Assembly: GCA_040755995.1 (NCBI GenBank)
Contig: JBFMAF010000043.1
Coordinates: forward strand, 32,001-96,000
DNA length: 64,000 nucleotides
DNA from: Acidobacteriota bacterium
GTDB taxonomy: Bacteria > Acidobacteriota > CAIWXX01
Reading direction: 5' to 3'
Made by a program: the position numbers and the translations under genes. Shown piece after piece: positions 1-13,155 of the stretch. Every line of letters starts with the position of its first letter. Position 1 is the first letter of the stretch. Under the pieces are notes generated by a model that saw nothing but the letters and a program-made list of their open reading frames with translations, made no database searches and was not told where the DNA came from.

Positions 1-2663
1 CCCAGGATGAACTTGCTGTGTCCCGAGTGATTGCGATTCATGGTCTGGTCTACCATCGCAACGGCCTGCTCTTGAACCGCTCTGGCTGCCTTGAGCTCGC
101 CCCAGTCCATCAACACTCTCGCCTTGTTGACGAGTGCTGCCGTGATGCCGGTCTTGTCAGCAGCATCTCGGAAGCAAGCGAGCGCCCTGTCAAGCTGTTC
201 TCCGCCGCCCCTAAGATCTCCCTGATAGTGGCGCGTTATCCCGGATAGGTTGAGCACCCAACCGGTCCGGCTCTGGTTGCCGATCTCTCGGAAAAGTGCG
301 AGAGAGCGGTCTGCATTCTTCAGTGCCTCGGCAAAGCGTCCTTGCAACCACAAGCCCCTGGCCAGGTTCAGCAGCGCCTCGCCCGCTCCAGCCCGGTCAC
401 CGAGCTCGCTGTAGCTCCTGTGCGCCTGCTCTGCGGTGTCGACTGCCTTCTGCAGATCTCCCAGGTATCCATAGTCGGCGCTCATCTCGAGTTGCGCCGA
501 GGCTACCAGAAGGCGCGCTCCCCGCTCCATCCCGGCCCGCTCTGCCTTCTCTGCCGCAGCCTTCTCGCGGGCGTAATCACCCAGTACGTTGAACGCCTGC
601 GCCTCGGCCATATCGATTCTCGGATCATCGCCCGACGGCGGCGCCAGCAAGCGAAGACCTCCGAGTGTCTTCAAGGCCTCAGCCGCCTTTCCAGCAGATG
701 TCTCGGCCCCTGCAAGCCTGAGGCCGTACTCGAGACTGTCTGGCGACATCTCGAACAGCGCCCGATAGGACGCGACTGCCTTCTCCCAATCCCGAACACT
801 CTCGTAGTAGCGTCCCTCGATCAACATACGCTCTTCGAACGGAAGCTCCTTCGAAGCATCCAGGGCGCGTTTCGATGCGGAAGCGGCCTTCTCCTCGTAC
901 CCCAGCGCGCTCCAGCACGCGGCGAGCGCAGACTGGGCGAGCGCGAACGAGGGCTTCGCCGCCACGGCCTTTTCCAGCAAGGGGCGCGCGCCGAGTGCGT
1001 CGAGCTGGCGCAGCTTGATCAGCCCTTCAGAGTACAGGCGCACTATCTCCGGGTCGCTCGGCAGCGACGAGCTCAGAGGTCTCGCCTGCGCCTGCGCGGA
1101 GGCGGGAGCCCCGAGCTCCGTGCGCAAGCGGGCTCCACATCGTGCGACGAGATCGAAGAGGTCCGACTCGGTGCCGGTTTCGGTCGCAGCTCCGATTACA
1201 TCTCCGAGCTGCGCATCCTGGATCTGGATGTCGAGGCGGAGCTTGCTGCCCTGCTGCGGACCCAGCGCGATGTAGGACCCGAGGACAATGAGATCGGCGC
1301 CGAGGTAGTCGCGCAGCCGCAGCAACGACGCTCTCTCCAGGCTGGCGCCTTCAGGGAGCGACAAGTCGGTTCGGGCACGGGCCACTATGTCGCCCGACAG
1401 CACGCGGATCCCTCCGAACGAGGCGATCTCGGTTGTGAGCATCTCTGCTAAAGCAGTGGAGAGCCAGGCGGCATCGGGCCGGCCGGACAGGTTCCGGAAT
1501 CCGGTGACGGCAAGGGACCGGCGTGGCTTGGTCAAAGCGGTTCGCGCCCGCGGGGGCTCGACGGCCTTGGGCGCCCACTTGAACGCCAGCCTCGGGATAA
1601 GAAACAGCAAAAGCGCTGCCGCAACGAGGGCGGCAGCCGCCACGAGATACTTCGAGCGTACTTGCCGCCTGCGAGGCCGGGCTCGTGCCTGGCTCTTCAA
1701 CGCACGCAGGACCTCGCCGGTCGTTGCAAATCGATCAGCCGGCTCGCGGGCCATGCATCGGAGTATGGTTGCCTCCCACGCCGGGTCGATGTCCCTCACG
1801 TGATTGCGGGGAGACAACGGTGATTCCGTGAGTCTTCGGCTCATGACAGACAGGGGCGTCTGGCCTGAGAAGGGGAGGACGCCCGTCACAAGCTGGTAGA
1901 GGACGATGCCAAGCGCGTAGATGTCAGTCGCGGGGCTCAGAGAATCACCGGTAAGCTGCTCCGGTGCCATGTACTCTGGCGTGCCCAGCGCGACACCGGT
2001 GTCGGTGATCTGCGCCCCGGCGCCCGACCCAGACTCATATCCACGGGCGATTCCGAAGTCGGTGATCACGGCCCGGACCTCGCCCGGTCTGCCGGGCGTA
2101 TCGACCAGGATTACATTGCTGGGCTTGAAGTCCCGATGCACGACGCCCGCGCTGTGCGCGGCGCCGAGTCCGGCGGCGATCTGTTCGATGATCGGGAGGG
2201 CCTCGCGGGACGTCATGCGTCCCTTCGTGCGCAGCCGCTCGCTGAGGGTCTCGCCCTCGAGCATCTCCATCGTGAGAAAGCTGATCTCTCGAGATGGCAC
2301 GGAGGTGCGGTGATAGCCAAGGTCGTATATGCGGGCAACATTGGGGTGCGTCACCTTCCTGGCCAACTGGATCTCGCGTTTGAAGCGGTCGATCAAGTTG
2401 GCATCCCAGCCTAGGCGGTGGCCGAGCGTCTTGAGCGCCACCGTCTCACCCAACTCCAGATCCTTTGCTTCGTACACCTCACCCATGCCACCCATGGCAA
2501 TGAAACGCAGGATCCGGTATCGTTGCGCCACGAGCTCCCCGGTCCGAAACACCTGTCCCACGGGAGGCCCCGGCTGCGAAGGTGCGTCTATAGTCTTCGC
2601 CTCGGTCTCGACCGGTCTGGTACCGCCTGCTTCAGGGTCAAGAGTGTCTTCGGGCGCTGACAT
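1..2663 (-). CDS. Hanks-type Ser/Thr protein kinase with TM segment and C-terminal TPR region (3' end runs off the window)
   Basis: Read manually from the reverse strand, since it has no stop in the window. ATG at 2663 follows AGGA. Motifs IAMGGMGEVY, ALK, HRDFKPSN, DFG and GTPEYMAPE are present, then a hydrophobic segment and helical repeats. Confidence 0.85.
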   Translation of the reverse strand, partial: MSAPEDTLDPEAGGTRPVETEAKTIDAPSQPGPPVGQVFRTGELVAQRYRILRFIAMGGMGEVYEAKDLELGETVALKTLGHRLGWDANLIDRFKREIQLARKVTHPNVARIYDLGYHRTSVPSREISFLTMEMLEGETLSERLRTKGRMTSREALPIIEQIAAGLGAAHSAGVVHRDFKPSNVILVDTPGRPGEVRAVITDFGIARGYESGSGAGAQITDTGVALGTPEYMAPEQLTGDSLSPATDIYALGIVLYQLVTGVLPFSGQTPLSVMSRRLTESPLSPRNHVRDIDPAWEATILRCMAREPADRFATTGEVLRALKSQARARPRRRQVRSKYLVAAAALVAAALLLFLIPRLAFKWAPKAVEPPRARTALTKPRRSLAVTGFRNLSGRPDAAWLSTALAEMLTTEIASFGGIRVLSGDIVARARTDLSLPEGASLERASLLRLRDYLGADLIVLGSYIALGPQQGSKLRLDIQIQDAQLGDVIGAATETGTESDLFDLVARCGARLRTELGAPASAQAQARPLSSSLPSDPEIVRLYSEGLIKLRQLDALGARPLLEKAVAAKPSFALAQSALAACWSALGYEEKAASASKRALDASKELPFEERMLIEGRYYESVRDWEKAVASYRALFEMSPDSLEYGLRLAGAETSAGKAAEALKTLGGLRLLAPPSGDDPRIDMAEAQAFNVLGDYAREKAAAEKAERAGMERGARLLVASAQLEMSADYGYLGDLQKAVDTAEQAHRSYSELGDRAGAGEALLNLARGLWLQGRFAEALKNADRSLALFREIGNQSRTGWVLNLSGITRHYQGDLRGGGEQLDRALACFRDAADKTGITAALVNKARVLMDWGELKAARAVQEQAVAMVDQTMNRNHSGHSKFIL

Positions 2664-2811
2664 CGTTTCCTATCTTCTGATCGTCCTGTGTTCAGGATTC
2701 ACGCCCAACGCGCCGCAGTAATCCCCACATGCCATCTCAACTCCGATTGCCCACCCGCGGCTCTCCAGATTCTACTGCCTGGATCGAGCGCTTGAAAGGT
2801 CTCAACGCTGT

Positions 2812-5226
<2,415 letters not shown>

Positions 5227-5330
5227 ATAGACACTCCTTGCGACTCGATTGCGGCTGCCGATGGCAGGTACTTTGCCACAGGCAGAGCGTCGAGGTCAAT
5301 CGCGCCGGGGGTGGAGGCGCGATTCGTGGG

Positions 5331-5510
5331 CTAGTCCACTCGGGACGGCGGATCAGGGGAGGTCGAGATCAGCCCGGAGATTCGTGGATGAAATGCGAAT
5401 CGATTGGCGGCGCCGCCGAGCGGGCCGCTCGATGTCCACTTGTTGTCGCCCGCTGTGCACATGCCCCAAGAGAGAATCAGGACGCAGCCTGCCCACACGC
5501 ATCTCTTCAT
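5331..5510 (-). pseudogene. N-terminal fragment of a secreted BNR/VPS10-type beta-propeller protein
   Basis: Signal peptide MKRCVWAGCVLILSWGMCTA followed by WTSSGPLGG, which is typical of such proteins, then an early stop. Confidence 0.4.
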
Positions 5511-5753
5511 CGTCAACCCCCTGAAGTCGAGTTGCACATTCCGAAGCCGCCGCAAGCCAGCTTCAACGACGCTATCATACGTCACTGCTGCGCGAATGTC
5601 CCGACTGTGGTTGTGGTGCTGGCCAGGCGGGGTCGCGGTGCCACGGCCCGCCTTCGGCGGCGACGTCGGGCCGTCCTCGATTTGCGCGCCTCGAACCCGC
5701 TATACTCAGGTGGGCAGTGAGTATCGGCCACCAGGCCAATCAGGAGACTTGCT

Positions 5754-6191
5754 TTGAAGTGGGTGACTCGTTCGCACGTTCACGTGGACCGTGTCACGTG
5801 CCCGTGGCTGATCCGGAGATTCGTGGATTCCGAGGCTGAGTTCCTGTTCGTACCCAAGAGCGAAATCGAGAGGGTTGTTGCAGAGTCGGGGGCCATCCCG
5901 TTCGATGCGCCCGGCGTTGAGCTGGGCCATCACGAGGGCCGGTGTTCGTTTGAATCGATCATGCTCAAGTACGCGCTGAAGGACCCCGCGCTGCAAAGGC
6001 TGGCCAGGATCGTGCACGCGGCCGACGTCGCCGAGGACATCGACAAGGATCCTCTCGCGCGAGGGGTTGAAGCCATCGCGACGGGGTTCGGCTTGCGATA
6101 TCCGGACGACGCGCAGAACCTTGAGCGACAGTTCGAGGTGTACGATGCGCTGTATGCCTGGTGCCGCCTGGAGGTGGCAAAAGGGAAGTAG
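5754..6191 (+). CDS. Chromate resistance protein ChrB C-terminal-domain family protein
   Basis: MKWVTR..HVDR..CPWLIRRFVD, FDAPGVELGH, CSFE; TTG start after AGGAG. Confidence 0.85.
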   Translation: MKWVTRSHVHVDRVTCPWLIRRFVDSEAEFLFVPKSEIERVVAESGAIPFDAPGVELGHHEGRCSFESIMLKYALKDPALQRLARIVHAADVAEDIDKDPLARGVEAIATGFGLRYPDDAQNLERQFEVYDALYAWCRLEVAKGK

Positions 6192-6239
6192 GGTGGCCGC
6201 CGTCGTCAGGGCAGGAGTGACAGGCCAACAGGCCCTCCC

Positions 6240-7508
6240 ATGTTCGAGACTTCGCGCTTGTTGACCGCGGACGGCCGCCTTCTGTTTGCGACGCGCACTG
6301 CACGCCTCTTCTCCTACGGCTTCCTCTCGGTCATCTTGGCCCTCTACCTGGCCCGGCTGGGTCTGAGTGAGCCCCAGATCGGGATTCTCTTGACCGCCAC
6401 ACTGCTCGGCGATACGGCGGTCTCCTTCTGGATCGCCACGAATGCGGACCGGCTGGGACGCCGCCGTATGCTGAGCATCGGTGCCGTGCTGATGATCTTC
6501 GCCGGTTCAGTGTTCGCAGTCACATCGGACTTCTTCGTCCTGCTCATCGCGGCCATCGTCGGGGTGATCAGTCCGAGCGGCAACGAGATCGGTCCGTTCC
6601 TTCCGATCGAGCAAGCCGCGCTATCGCAGATCGTCTCGGCCGAAGCGCGGACGAAGGTGTTTGCCTGGTACAACCTCGCCGGCTCATTCGCCACCGCCTT
6701 GGGATCGCTTGCCGGCGGCGCCCTGGTGCAGGCGCTCCAGAGCGCCGGATGGCCGGATCCGATGAGCTACCGCGTCGTCGTTTCGGGATACGCCGTGATG
6801 GGGCTGCCGTTGTTGCTCTTGTTCACGCGGCTCTCCCCAGCGACGGAAGTGCCAGCCGCCGTCCCGGCCGCGACCAGCCGTGAGATGCCATGGATTGGTG
6901 TGCGCGAGTCCCGAGGCCTCGTCTTGAGACTGGCGGGGCTGTTCTCGCTCGACGCGTTTGCCGGCGGATTCGTCTTGCAGAGTCTCGTCGCCTACTGGTT
7001 CAGCATCCGTTTCGGCGTCACACCGGGGCTGCTCGGTGGCATCTTCTTCGGGGCGAATATCCTGGCCGGAATCTCGGCGCTGACCGCGGCGCGCCTGGCC
7101 GCCCGGATCGGCTTGATCAACACCATGGTGTTCACGCACATCCCGTCCAATCTTCTGCTTCTTCTCGTCCCGCTGATGCCGAACGCACCGCTGGCGATCG
7201 CGGTGCTGCTCCTGCGATTCAGCATCTCGCAGATGGATGTGCCTACGCGGCAGTCGTACACGATGGCCGTGGTACGTCCCGAGGAGCGCTCGGCGGCTGC
7301 CGGGATCACCGGCATTGCGCGGACCATCGGCGCATCGCTCGCGCCTGTCATCGCCGGCCCACTGCTGGCGAACGCAGCGTTGCTCAACGTGCCCTTCTTC
7401 ATCTCCGGCGGCCTGAAGATCGCCTACGACCTGCTCCTGTATCGCTCGTTCAGAAGGCTCAGGCCTCACGAGGAAGTTGCCAGCACGCGTTCGCCGAGTC
7501 CGAGCTGA
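6240..7508 (+). CDS. MFS transporter
   Basis: About 12 TM segments, ADRLGRR loop motif, SQMDVPTRQSY. Confidence 0.9.
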   Translation: MFETSRLLTADGRLLFATRTARLFSYGFLSVILALYLARLGLSEPQIGILLTATLLGDTAVSFWIATNADRLGRRRMLSIGAVLMIFAGSVFAVTSDFFVLLIAAIVGVISPSGNEIGPFLPIEQAALSQIVSAEARTKVFAWYNLAGSFATALGSLAGGALVQALQSAGWPDPMSYRVVVSGYAVMGLPLLLLFTRLSPATEVPAAVPAATSREMPWIGVRESRGLVLRLAGLFSLDAFAGGFVLQSLVAYWFSIRFGVTPGLLGGIFFGANILAGISALTAARLAARIGLINTMVFTHIPSNLLLLLVPLMPNAPLAIAVLLLRFSISQMDVPTRQSYTMAVVRPEERSAAAGITGIARTIGASLAPVIAGPLLANAALLNVPFFISGGLKIAYDLLLYRSFRRLRPHEEVASTRSPSPS

Positions 7509-7638
7509 CACCGCTCAGCGCCAAGGCGGGCCTCACTCCCCCTGTCCAGCTCCGAACACACAGATAGATGTTGACGACGGCAATGACCTTCATCTTCTGG
7601 CGATAGCGAGGACGAAGCAGGGGATCGGAGCTACTGCT

Positions 7639-8064
7639 TCACCAGCGTTCCATAGGTTCGCTCTTGAGCTTTCGACCTCTGGGACCAATGCGATAGGTCC
7701 CGCGACCTGGAGCGATGAGTTCGATCCTCAGGGCATCGACGAGGCGATCACTCAACACTACTTCGGTTTCACGCTCGGATATCACCGCATTGCACAAGAT
7801 CCCGTGACCTGAGCTGCCGGCGTGAGATACGCGGACTGAGTTTGGGACCATGACCATCGAGAAAACCGCAGCGGGGGACTCGAAACGCTCGCTACGCGCC
7901 CCCCTCGGCGGCGGCCATAATCCGAGTCGTTCTGCAACGGGCGCAGGCAGCAGGACCTCGGGCCGAGGCGACTCGAAGCCGGAATTGGCGACGGCTACGC
8001 TTTCGATGCGCGCCGCTTTGCCTCGCGCGCTTCTTTCGATCCGGATTCGGACTCGGACCGCCAT
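7639..8064 (-). CDS. Retropepsin-like (clan AA fold) protein with NSG in place of DTG
   Basis: AVANSGFE..EVLLP..AERLGLW and VVLSDRL pattern; GGAGG RBS. Confidence 0.55.
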   Translation of the reverse strand: MAVRVRIRIERSARGKAARIESVAVANSGFESPRPEVLLPAPVAERLGLWPPPRGARSERFESPAAVFSMVMVPNSVRVSHAGSSGHGILCNAVISERETEVVLSDRLVDALRIELIAPGRGTYRIGPRGRKLKSEPMERW

Positions 8065-8346
8065 ACTGCCTCCGGGTGCATCCGCTGAAGCTCAACCGGC
8101 CGGTATAAACGACCCAGGCGACGACCAATCGCAAGGTGCACCAGTCGCCCAATCCTGGATGAGCGATCTGTGCTGCGGAATGCTTTAACCATGGTTCAAT
8201 ACTACCTTCTCGATACGGGAGATACAAGATTCCCCTTGCGGCCAGGACTCACCCGATGGTTGGCCCAGTGGGCTGCAGGGAGCTGGGTTTGCAGGGCGAG
8301 ACTACTTTTGCTATGATGTAGTCGCGCCGATTGCTGGGAGGTTCAT

Positions 8347-8616
8347 ATGTGCGAGGTTGGTGTGCGCGAGTTGAAGACTCATCTGAGCGAATACCTGCGC
8401 AGAGTCAAGAAGGGCGAGACAGTGACGATCACGGATCATGGGCAGTCGGTTGGGCGGATCGTGCCGGCAGCTATGCCCCTTGAGAAACGCCTTCTGGCGC
8501 TGCAGGAAGCCGGGATGGTGGCCTGGAATGGCCACAAGCTCAAGAACAGGGCGCCGTCGGCGCGAAGCCGGGGCCGGCGCACCGTTTCGGAGCTGCTCGT
8601 CGAGGATCGCGAATGA
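8347..8616 (+). CDS. Phd/YefM-family antitoxin
   Basis: VGVRELKTHLSEYLRRVKKGETVTITDHG; ATGA overlap with the PIN gene. Confidence 0.9.
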   Translation: MCEVGVRELKTHLSEYLRRVKKGETVTITDHGQSVGRIVPAAMPLEKRLLALQEAGMVAWNGHKLKNRAPSARSRGRRTVSELLVEDRE

Positions 8617-9050
8617 TCCTCTATGTCGATTCCAGCGCGCTCGTGAAGCGTTACACGGAAGAAACCCACTCGAAACGGGTTAGAGAGCTGGTGCGCAGGG
8701 CGCGAAGCGTCGGGACGGCTGAAATCACGCAAGTTGAGGTTATTGCAGCTTTCAAGGAAGCCGAACGAATGGGCACTCTGAATGCAGCCGAGGCGTCCAG
8801 AGCACGGCGCGATCTGCTCGGCGACTGGCCAAGCCTGGTTCGCCTGACTGTCTCGGTGATGGTCTTGAACCGCGCCGGCGAACTGGCGTGGCAACACCCT
8901 TTGCGCGGCTATGACGCCGTGCAGCTGGCGGCCGCACAGCTCTGGCAGGAGGCGCTTGGCGAGGAGATTGACCTCGCAACCTTCGATGAGCAGCTCTGGG
9001 ATGCGGCCACAACCACTGGACTTCGCGTCTGGCCAGCTGATCTGAAATGA
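8613..9050 (+). CDS. vapC: VapC PIN-domain toxin
   Basis: ILYVDSSALVKRY..E, LRGYDAVQLA, TFD. Confidence 0.9.
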   Translation: MILYVDSSALVKRYTEETHSKRVRELVRRARSVGTAEITQVEVIAAFKEAERMGTLNAAEASRARRDLLGDWPSLVRLTVSVMVLNRAGELAWQHPLRGYDAVQLAAAQLWQEALGEEIDLATFDEQLWDAATTTGLRVWPADLK

Positions 9051-9157
9051 GGATACGAAACCGCCGCCGATCGATGTGCGACCGGCTGATGAAGAGACGC
9101 CATATTGCACCAATGCGGTGCAGGGCGTCTCGAACGAGGAGCTGATCGGAGATCGCC

Positions 9158-12100
9158 ATGTGGATTCATTTCGGTGCGCCTGCACTCTCGGAGTTTCGTT
9201 TGAAGCGACTGAGGGACGACCTGTCGGGCCTCGGCATCGCTGTTCGATCCATCGGCACTCAATTCATTCATTTCGCTGATCTGTCGCGCCCGCTTGAAGA
9301 CGACGAGCAGCGCAAGCTGGTCTGCCTGCTGGACTACGGACCGAGCGGAGTCGCCTCGGAGAGAGATGGGGCCCTCTACCTGGCAGTCCCGCGCGTCGGG
9401 ACGATTTCTCCCTGGTCGTCGAAAGCCACGGACATCGCCCATAACTGCGCGCTCTCGGCGGTGAGGCGCCTGGAGCGGGGGATCGCATATTTCGTCGGCC
9501 ATGACGATCATCTCGCAGCCGATCGAGAGAACCTTGTCCGGGCCAGAATTCACGACCGCATGACGCAGGATGTATTGTCCAGAATCGAAGATGCCGCCCG
9601 GCTTTTCGACGAGCATGAGCCCGCGTCGCTTCGGTCGGTGGATATTCTACACGGCGGCACCACGTCGCTCGAAAAGGCGAACCTGGACTGGGGGATGGCA
9701 CTGGCCGGCGACGAGATCGACTACCTCGTCAGAGCATTCCAATCTCTCGGCCGGAATCCTACCGATGTGGAATTGATGATGTTCGCGCAGGCCAACTCCG
9801 AGCACTGCCGTCACAAAATCTTCAATGCGCGGTGGACCATCGATCGGGAGGAGCAGAGCCAATCGCTGATGGATATGATCCGGAACACGACGAGAACGAA
9901 CCCATCCGGCGTCTTCTCGGCCTATCGTGACAATGCGGCGGTCATCGAAGGAAACCCGGGTAGTCGGTTCTTCCCCGATCCGGAAACGCGCGTTTATGGC
10001 AAGCATTCTGAGCCAATGTTCATCATGATGAAGGTCGAGACGCACAACCATCCTACCGCCATCTCGCCGTACCCCGGCGCTGCTACCGGATCCGGCGGCG
10101 AGATCCGCGACGAAGGAGCCGCCGGCAGAGGCGCCAGGCCGAAGGCCGGATTCACTGGTTTCTCGGTGTCCAATCTCAGAATTCCCGGCGCAATACAGCC
10201 CTGGGAACGACACTTCGGCAAACCCTCGCGCATCGTCTCCGCGCTGGACATCATGATCGAAGGGCCGCTGGGTGGAGCCGGCTTCAACAACGAGTTCGGC
10301 CGGCCGGGCATCTGTGGCTATTTCCGCACGTTCGAAATGGAAGTCTCGACACCGACTGGAACGGAAGTCCGCGGCTATCACAAGCCGATCATGATCGTGG
10401 GCGGATTGGGCAACATCCGGGCAGCCCATGTCGAGAAGGCGGAGTTCCAACCCGGAACCGGGCTCATCGTGCTCGGCGGTCCCGCCATGCTTATCGGTCT
10501 CGGAGGCGGCGCAGCCTCGTCCATGGCATCCGGCAAGAGCCAGGAAGACCTGGACTACGCGTCGGTGCAGCGAGACAACGCCGAAATAGAGCGCAGGTGC
10601 CAGGAGGTGATCGACGCCTGCTGCGCGCTTGATGGTAACAATCCGATCGCATCTATCCACGATGTGGGGGCCGGCGGCCTGTCGAACGCTCTGCCCGAGT
10701 TGATCCACCAGTGCGGCCGCGGCGGGCGTGTCGAGCTGCGGAAGGTTCCAAATGCCGAACGCGGGATGAGCCCGCTGGAGATTTGGTGCAACGAGGCGCA
10801 GGAGCGATACGTGCTGGCGGTTCCGCGCGACCGCCTGGACCGGTTCAGCGAGATCGCACGCCGCGAGCGATGCCCGTTCGCGATCCTGGGGGAGGCGACC
10901 GAGGAGCAAACGCTGATCGTGACGGACTCGTATTTCGGAAACCGGCCGGTGGAGCTGCCTCTGCCGATCCTCTTCGGGAAACCGCCCAAGATGCATCGAG
11001 TCGCCGAACACAGGCCGCCTGCGCTCCGGCCACTCAGATTGGATGCCAGCATTCGCGACGCAGCCGCTCGCGTGCTCTGCCTCCCGACAGTCGGCGACAA
11101 GACGTTTCTTATCACGATCGGAGACCGGTCGGTCACTGGACTCATCCACCGAGATCCCATGGTAGGCCCCTGGCAGGTCCCGGTAGCCGATTGCGCAGTC
11201 ACCTTGACTGATCTGTTCTCGAATGCAGGCGAGGCGTTTGCCGTGGGCGAGCGAACGCCTCTGGCTCTGATCGACGCCGCCGCTTCCGCGCGGATGGCCG
11301 TCGCCGAGGCGATCACCAATCTCGCCGGGACCGCAATCGGCGACATATCCCGAATCAAACTCTCGGCGAACTGGATGGCCGCGGCCGGCCATCCGGGCGA
11401 GGACGCGAAACTCTTCGATGCCGTGCGCGCGGTCGGCCTCGATTACTGCCCCGCCCTTGGTGTAGCGATTCCGGTCGGCAAGGACAGCATGTCGATGAAG
11501 ACGGTGTGGGACGAGCACGGTGTGAAACACGCGGTGACCGCCCCTCTGTCGCTGATCGTCACCGCCTTCGCGCCTGTGACCGACGTACGCAAGACGACGA
11601 CACCCGAGCTTCGATCGGATGCAGGCGCGACCGATCTGCTCCTGGTGGATCTGTCCTCCGGCGCCAATCGACTGGGCGGCTCTGCCCTGGCCCAGGTTTT
11701 CTCGCAGTTAGGAGACACAGCCCCTGACGGCGGAGACCCCGCGGTGCTCCGCAGGTTCTACGATGCTCTTCAGCACCTCGTGGACAATCGCATGCTCCTG
11801 GCCTACCACGACCGATCCGACGGCGGGCTCTTCGTGACCATCTGCGAGATGGCCTTCGCCGGGAACACAGGCGTGTCGTTGAACCTGGATGGGCTCAAGG
11901 GCTCAGATATCGAGTTGTTGTTCAACGAGGAGCTCGGAGCCGTGCTTCAGGTACGCCGCGCGGACCGCGAAGCGGTTGCCGATGTCTTTCGAATGCACGG
12001 ACTCCAATCCGCGTTCCATGTGATCGGCACGCTGAATTCGGATAGAAGAGTTTGTGTTGCCCGACATGGTTGCGACATCTATGCGGAATCCCTTCGGCAT

Positions 12101-13048
12101 CTGCGAGACCTCTGGTCGCAGACCACCTTCCGGTTGCAGGCTCTGCGCGACAACCCGGAGTGCGCGCGGTCTGAGCATTCGACCCGGCTCGACGAGACCG
12201 ATCCCGGCATGAATGTTCACCTGACCTTCGACGTGGAGAATGACGTGGCAGCGCCCTACTTCTCCGCGGGAGCAAGGCCGAAGGTGGCGGTTCTCCGGGA
12301 GCAGGGTGTGAACAGCCAGACGGAAATGGCTGCCGCCTTCTACGCCGCCGGCTTTGAACCGGTGGACGTGCACATGAGCGAGATCCTGGGTGGAACGGTT
12401 TCGCTGGCGCCTTTCCACGCATTGGCAGCACCGGGCGGCTTCAGCTACGGCGATGTGCTTGGAGGCGGTGCCGGTTGGGCCAAGTCGATTCGATTCAACA
12501 ACCGGGCTCGAGACGAGTTCGCAGATTTCTTCGCACGCAAGGACACGGTCGCCCTGGGCGTCTGCAACGGGTGCCAGATGATCTCGGACCTGAAAGAGCT
12601 CATCCCGGGCGCCTGGTGGTGGCCGCGGTTCACGAAGAACGTTTCGGAGCAGTTCGAAGGACGGGCCGTCCTGGTGCGAATCGAGGAGTCACCGTCGATC
12701 GTGTTTCAGGGCATGGCCGGATCGTGGGCTCCGATCGCCGTGGCCCACAGCTTCGGCTACGCCGAATTCACTGACCGCCGGCACATGGAACATGCGATCG
12801 AGCACAAGCTCGTGTCCATGCGCTTCGTCGATCACAACGGGAATCCGACCGAAGTCTACCCGTTCAATCCCAACGGATCGCCGTTGGGGATCACCGGAGT
12901 GACCACCGATGACGGCCGGATCACAATCGTGATGCCTCACCCGGAGCGAGTCTACCGCACCGTGCAGAATTCGTGGCACCCGCTGGACTGGAAAGAGTAC
13001 TCCCCGTGGATGCGCCTGTTCCGCAACGCCCGCGCCTGGATCGGATAG
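9158..13048 (+). CDS. purL: Phosphoribosylformylglycinamidine synthase, large single-chain type
   Basis: [28 protein letters not shown]; glutaminase GVCNGCQ and MPHPER; 1296 aa. Confidence 0.97.
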   Translation: MWIHFGAPALSEFRLKRLRDDLSGLGIAVRSIGTQFIHFADLSRPLEDDEQRKLVCLLDYGPSGVASERDGALYLAVPRVGTISPWSSKATDIAHNCALSAVRRLERGIAYFVGHDDHLAADRENLVRARIHDRMTQDVLSRIEDAARLFDEHEPASLRSVDILHGGTTSLEKANLDWGMALAGDEIDYLVRAFQSLGRNPTDVELMMFAQANSEHCRHKIFNARWTIDREEQSQSLMDMIRNTTRTNPSGVFSAYRDNAAVIEGNPGSRFFPDPETRVYGKHSEPMFIMMKVETHNHPTAISPYPGAATGSGGEIRDEGAAGRGARPKAGFTGFSVSNLRIPGAIQPWERHFGKPSRIVSALDIMIEGPLGGAGFNNEFGRPGICGYFRTFEMEVSTPTGTEVRGYHKPIMIVGGLGNIRAAHVEKAEFQPGTGLIVLGGPAMLIGLGGGAASSMASGKSQEDLDYASVQRDNAEIERRCQEVIDACCALDGNNPIASIHDVGAGGLSNALPELIHQCGRGGRVELRKVPNAERGMSPLEIWCNEAQERYVLAVPRDRLDRFSEIARRERCPFAILGEATEEQTLIVTDSYFGNRPVELPLPILFGKPPKMHRVAEHRPPALRPLRLDASIRDAAARVLCLPTVGDKTFLITIGDRSVTGLIHRDPMVGPWQVPVADCAVTLTDLFSNAGEAFAVGERTPLALIDAAASARMAVAEAITNLAGTAIGDISRIKLSANWMAAAGHPGEDAKLFDAVRAVGLDYCPALGVAIPVGKDSMSMKTVWDEHGVKHAVTAPLSLIVTAFAPVTDVRKTTTPELRSDAGATDLLLVDLSSGANRLGGSALAQVFSQLGDTAPDGGDPAVLRRFYDALQHLVDNRMLLAYHDRSDGGLFVTICEMAFAGNTGVSLNLDGLKGSDIELLFNEELGAVLQVRRADREAVADVFRMHGLQSAFHVIGTLNSDRRVCVARHGCDIYAESLRHLRDLWSQTTFRLQALRDNPECARSEHSTRLDETDPGMNVHLTFDVENDVAAPYFSAGARPKVAVLREQGVNSQTEMAAAFYAAGFEPVDVHMSEILGGTVSLAPFHALAAPGGFSYGDVLGGGAGWAKSIRFNNRARDEFADFFARKDTVALGVCNGCQMISDLKELIPGAWWWPRFTKNVSEQFEGRAVLVRIEESPSIVFQGMAGSWAPIAVAHSFGYAEFTDRRHMEHAIEHKLVSMRFVDHNGNPTEVYPFNPNGSPLGITGVTTDDGRITIVMPHPERVYRTVQNSWHPLDWKEYSPWMRLFRNARAWIG

Positions 13049-13155
13049 CATGCAGGCAGCACGGGAGGTCGGCCGGCAATCGTACGGGCCGACGCGACCA
13101 AGCAAGGTTGCTTAGGCACCGAGCGCGCAGAGCCGGTTATTCGCAGGCCCACAAC

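Noticed and set aside
7540..7593. Reverse-strand MKVIAVVN resembling a ParA start
   Set aside because: Only eight residues match and the Walker A motif is absent.
12730..12770. PurL HSFG in place of the usual HGEG as a sign of inactivation
   Set aside because: The catalytic Cys/His/Glu are intact, and I recall PurQ variants with Phe at this position.
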